A stretch of DNA of 64,000 nt, from NCBI GenBank assembly GCA_002269645.1, contig NIVC01000219.1, positions 375,693 to 439,692 on the forward strand, given 5' to 3'. The stretch's first letter is position 1. Each line of letters starts with the position of its first letter. This DNA is from Macrostomum lignano. Taxonomy: Eukaryota. The position numbers were made by a program, and so were the translations under genes. The notes beneath the pieces are model-generated. The model was not told the origin of the DNA and did not search any database. It saw nothing but the letters and a program-made list of their open reading frames with translations. Shown piece after piece: positions 60,222 to 64,000 of the stretch.

Positions 60222-60456
60222 AACAATTACTGCTCATGGAAAGATCGATTTACGCACTGCTCTTTCCCTCGCAAGCCTTGTAAACGCCCTCCCAAACGCT
60301 CAGTATGAACCCGAGTCATTTTCTGCTTTGATCTGTAAGCTTAGATTCTGTAAATGCATACTTTTTCACAACGGCTCTTTTGTTTTAAGTGGTGCGAAGT
60401 CAATGAACATGTTACAGTATGATTTTTCTCTCCTTCTCAGCATTGTACGCCTGTAA
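59890..60456 (+). CDS. TATA-binding-protein (TBP)-like protein encoded by the Polinton
   Basis: Two TBP half-repeats: VTNLVGGVDL...IKRMRNPRVTLLLYPTGQLSICGARSYSASVRAARRF and ...YEPESFSALICKL...ILFHNGSFVLSGAKS. Intact 188-aa ORF, no introns, no N-terminal extension. Confidence 0.9.
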   Translation: MSTPATALRVTNLVGGVDLRLAGGRGAQLPLRELALSMAHVIYRPVWPRVLIKRMRNPRVTLLLYPTGQLSICGARSYSASVRAARRFVAMLHRRVPAQLLPRQSICVRIKTITAHGKIDLRTALSLASLVNALPNAQYEPESFSALICKLRFCKCILFHNGSFVLSGAKSMNMLQYDFSLLLSIVRL

Positions 60457-60459
60457 AAA

Positions 60460-61080
60460 CTGTTTTTCTCCTTTAAGGTCTGTAATTTAAATAAATATCA
60501 GACACTAAAAGCTGTTTAATCCATTTTAAAATAAGTACAATGAGATGGAGTCTTTTAATTTTCTTCTTTTATTTATCAATCATGAGGAAATAAAATCATT
60601 GCAGAAAGTAATATATAGCAACGAACAAAAAATTACAAGAGGGTGAGATATGAATCCTAAACGCTAAAAATAAAGAGTAAAAAGCAAGTTCGCGAAAAAT
60701 CAACGCACATGATTTGGTATACTGTACGTACTAAAAAATAAGAAACGGCATATTTACTTTTCTGAGCAATAGTTCGTGAGCAGAAAACAAAACACAACCG
60801 AATGCAAAGAACAGATCCAAAGCGACTGCATTTATTAATAGAAAATATGATTAAAATTGAGCAAATTGAAACGCCAGTCTATCTGTAGCACGAGTCGTGA
60901 AAACAAATTAAGTATGGAAGACGCAATCAGTGTCACAAAGCAGAAAGTTATCGTTTGAAGCTAAATGTCATAACTAATTTAGAATTATAATAATTTGTAA
61001 AATAATTGTGTAATTCCCGCATATAATGAGCAACCCTGACGCTACGATCACTTCTAATGCTCCTTAAAAACAGTCGTCAT
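60460..61080. terminator. AT-rich convergent termination/polyadenylation region between the plus-strand gene cluster and pPolB
   Basis: AATAAA-like signals on both strands (e.g. ~60490 plus, ~60568 minus). Confidence 0.45.
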
Positions 61081-61084
61081 ATAA

Positions 61085-64000
61085 CTAAAGCTGCAACTTT
61101 CGCTGCTTTGACCTGTCATCGGGTTTGCATACCGGCTGGCATTCTTCATCTAGAAGGCGCTGCTGCTCCTGTAGCTGCAAAAGTCGAAAGTGTCCAAAAG
61201 GAAGGCTTGAGTTGGGTCCTATCCAGGCTCTTTTGTCTTCCCAGATGCTTAGAGCCAACTTCTGTTGCTCGAGCGTGAACAATCTGTGGTTGATGCTACC
61301 GATGCGGCGAACAGTAAGTGATAGCTGAGTTGAGTCCCTGTAAACTCGCAGGTAGTCTTCGTGGCTCAAATTCCGCTTGACAACGCACGCTTGAATGCCT
61401 TTCGCCTTCTTTTTGTCAGTTGATGACTGCTTCGTTAGGAATGAGTACAACTTGGGCCGCAGCAGAATCCACTCTTCATTTTGTACACCAGCCGACTCAT
61501 CCTTAATGCAGCCCAGCTTTGCTTTTAAGCGATCGGAGTGAAGTAAATCGTCCTTGGGGAAGTTGGACGTGTCTAGAAGATCATGGGCAATCATTAAAGG
61601 CAGGGCATCCTTCCGAACGTCAATGTTTTCCAAGCAAAGAAACAACAAATCGGTGTCCCCGCCACAAACTCGAACACGCCCACCATCACGCTCCAGCAAT
61701 GGCTTCAGCTTGTCATACAGCAGCTCGTACATCACGATCTTTGATAGGTCAAGTACGCATTGCCCTATTGGAATAGGTCGATCCAGAGTCACTTGAGCCT
61801 TCTGTAGCTCAAATATGCTAAGGCTGTCAGTAATGATTGTAAATGACTTTAAATTAGGATTGGCAGCAAAGATTCTGGCCTTGTTGGTAGAATTGATAAT
61901 TCTAATGTCTCGTCTTTTGCGTACGTTCTCCATTGTCTTGCCAAAGAGACTGTTGTTCTTTAATTTATAGAAATCCTTTTCAAATTCATTTTCAGCCTTC
62001 GATCGCTTGTCACTATTCTTGGCGATATATGCGGCAAAAACTGGCTCTTGGTAGAACTCAATCATCGTGTGCACCTTGATCAGCTTCAAGCCATGTGCCA
62101 GATAGAACTTTAGCGCGGAAGAGTGCAACACATAAGCCATTTTGTTGTGACAGGTAAGGAGCAGTTTCTCAGAACCACGATATTCTTCACAATTACTTAA
62201 CTCGGAAAGCTCATGCTCCTCCTGCTGCTGATGTTCACGATGTTTTTGATGCAGCACATTCCAAAGCTGCTTCATGTGTGGCGGAAAGTCGTCAAATCTG
62301 GCTTTCCGTTTTTCGGGCGCGAACGGCAGATCTGCGGTACCATCATGAATTGTGGTTGGATAGTAAAGGTCGGCCTCAACGAGATAACCAACGGGTCCAT
62401 TTTCATTCAAGCCCAAAAATCTCTCTTCCGTCCAGCTGTTAACTTCTCCCTCACTAAGCCAACGGAAGCCTTTGACTGGGAGTGGCATTGTGAGAGCGTG
62501 GCCATAGAGATTGTTTGCGTCTACTGCTAGCAAACTTTTGGTTGGTTGACGATTAGCCGCTTCAGTGCTTTCAGCCATACTTGCCTGCACATGATGAATG
62601 TTGACAAAGCACATGCCACCACGAATGCCTCTCTCAAAGGTTCGATACATTTTGTTGTCGCTCAAAAGCTGAATGCCATTGCCACAAAGTGACTTAAGGG
62701 CGGAAGCGAATGAAAGCCCAGGTGTTGATACAAAATGGGCCGGATCCAGTCCATCTTCTCGGAGGCTGAGCCGGCGGAAATTCTCAAAAATATCCGCAAG
62801 TTGACGGATATCCAACTCAAGGTAGCAGAGCATATAATGACGCAAGTTAACCGCATCGAATTCGCGCCATGCTTTTTGAGCATGCTCATACTCTGCTAGG
62901 CTACATTCACAGTTGTTCAATCGATTGAAAAATTGCTCTCGCTAGGCAGTTGCGTATCACTGAGTACATGACTACCAGAAAGATAGTCGTACGGGAATAC
63001 TCCCTTTGAAAAAAGGACTTCATTGCTTACGTTTGGGAAATGCTCACGCATTCGAGCTGTCACTACGCATTCATCTTTCGGCAAAGTTGCAATTAGTTGT
63101 GCAATGCTACTGTGTAGAAACTGCAAGCTGTCGATAAACTGAAGTGTGAAGTTTAGTGGCCTCATCTTACCATCCTTTTCAAATTCATCGATTTTGAACT
63201 CAACCCGCATTGATAGGTATGCCTCGGCTGCTTGCGGGATGATGCTGATTTTCCAGCCAGGCATATCCCCAAGGGCGGTTGAGAAGATGAGGTGCAGATC
63301 ATAGCCACGCAAGTTGTGTAGAACAACTGGTAGAAAGCGGCGCTTTAGTCTGGCGAGTTTGTTGCATGAACTGCAGGCAGCACCACGGAACGCACCAGTC
63401 AAGTGATCGTGGTCCCAGTGCTTCTCACTAGAAGAGAAAATTCTTTCTTCACAATAGTGGCAGCAAACAGACTCATTAAATTTTCTAATGTCTGATTCAT
63501 GTTTAACGGCTGGCTTGTGACTGAACTCCTTGTTCCAGTCATAAATTTTTCGAGCCAGCTGCTCCAGAGAAATCAAAAATTCCTTGACGCATGCGTGTGC
63601 ATCAGAACTGCAAAACAGAGCTACATCCTCGCAAGGCCTACGCAACTGGCTAATTCCCTCTCGGGAGATTGTGATGTAGCCTGCAGCAGCTGGCACGTGC
63701 TCTGTTAGCTTGGTGATTGATGGTGTATTATCTATACAGCAGTAGTTGGAACGTTCAGTGCTTCAAAGTCGGCGTAGACGACAAAAGGAGGGCTCAGTGT
63801 CTTCTCCCAGGACTTGAAGCGCAGGAAGCAACTTTCTGGCTCAGGCATAATCTCTTTGATGGAGATCGAATCTTGGAGATTGCAATGCACTTGGTGTGAT
63901 TGTAAGATCTTTTTCGGTTCGAAAATTACTCAAGCATCGTTCACACACCTTCTTTCGATTTCGAAAACCTCCTTTGGCTGTTGAACAACCGATCGAGGCT
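61085..64000 (-). pseudogene. Protein-primed family B DNA polymerase with C2H2 finger, exonuclease and endonuclease VII-like insertion; several frameshifts; N-terminus beyond the window
   Basis: CERCLSNF..H..HC, VYADFEAL, CHYC..DHDHLTGAFRGAACSSCN, KGVFPYDY, DANNLYG, KLKNNSLFGKT, GDTD, KKKAKGI, EDKR; frameshifts near 62920, 63735, 63900 and 63960. Confidence 0.95.

Larger units (their letters stand above)
52184..64000. mobile_element. Polinton/Maverick (adintovirus-like) endogenous virus, right end outside the window
   Basis: Compact intronless cluster with integrase, minor and major capsid proteins, adenain protease, packaging ATPase and pPolB. Left end tentatively at AGTAGTAG (52184). Confidence 0.93.

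Overview
Eukaryotic (animal) genomic DNA in two halves. Bases 1-43,000 hold intron-containing host genes whose introns and spacers are filled with 20-41 bp minisatellites and tetranucleotide microsatellites. That architecture suggests a Macrostomum-type flatworm, which is inference only. The genes are: the 3' part of PIKfyve/FAB1, NUP35, a secreted alpha-amylase, a THEG-repeat gene, a broken M1 aminopeptidase, two tandem RNF14-like RBR ligases and a SPIDR-like gene with a long coding heptad repeat. Bases 46,600-64,000 are a block of mobile elements: a decayed piggyBac, an internally deleted Penelope-like retroelement with a minimal hammerhead ribozyme, an inverted pair of THAP-like fragments and a Polinton/Maverick (adintovirus-like) endogenous virus that runs off the right edge. 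The Polinton has the usual core: integrase with chromodomain, minor and major capsid proteins, adenain protease, packaging ATPase and protein-primed PolB. It also carries an intact TATA-binding-protein (TBP) homolog and a tandem PC4/Sub1-like gene, and no RNA polymerase is visible in the part seen. This putative transcription-initiation module is the most interesting signal. All family assignments come from recalled motifs; no database search was run.
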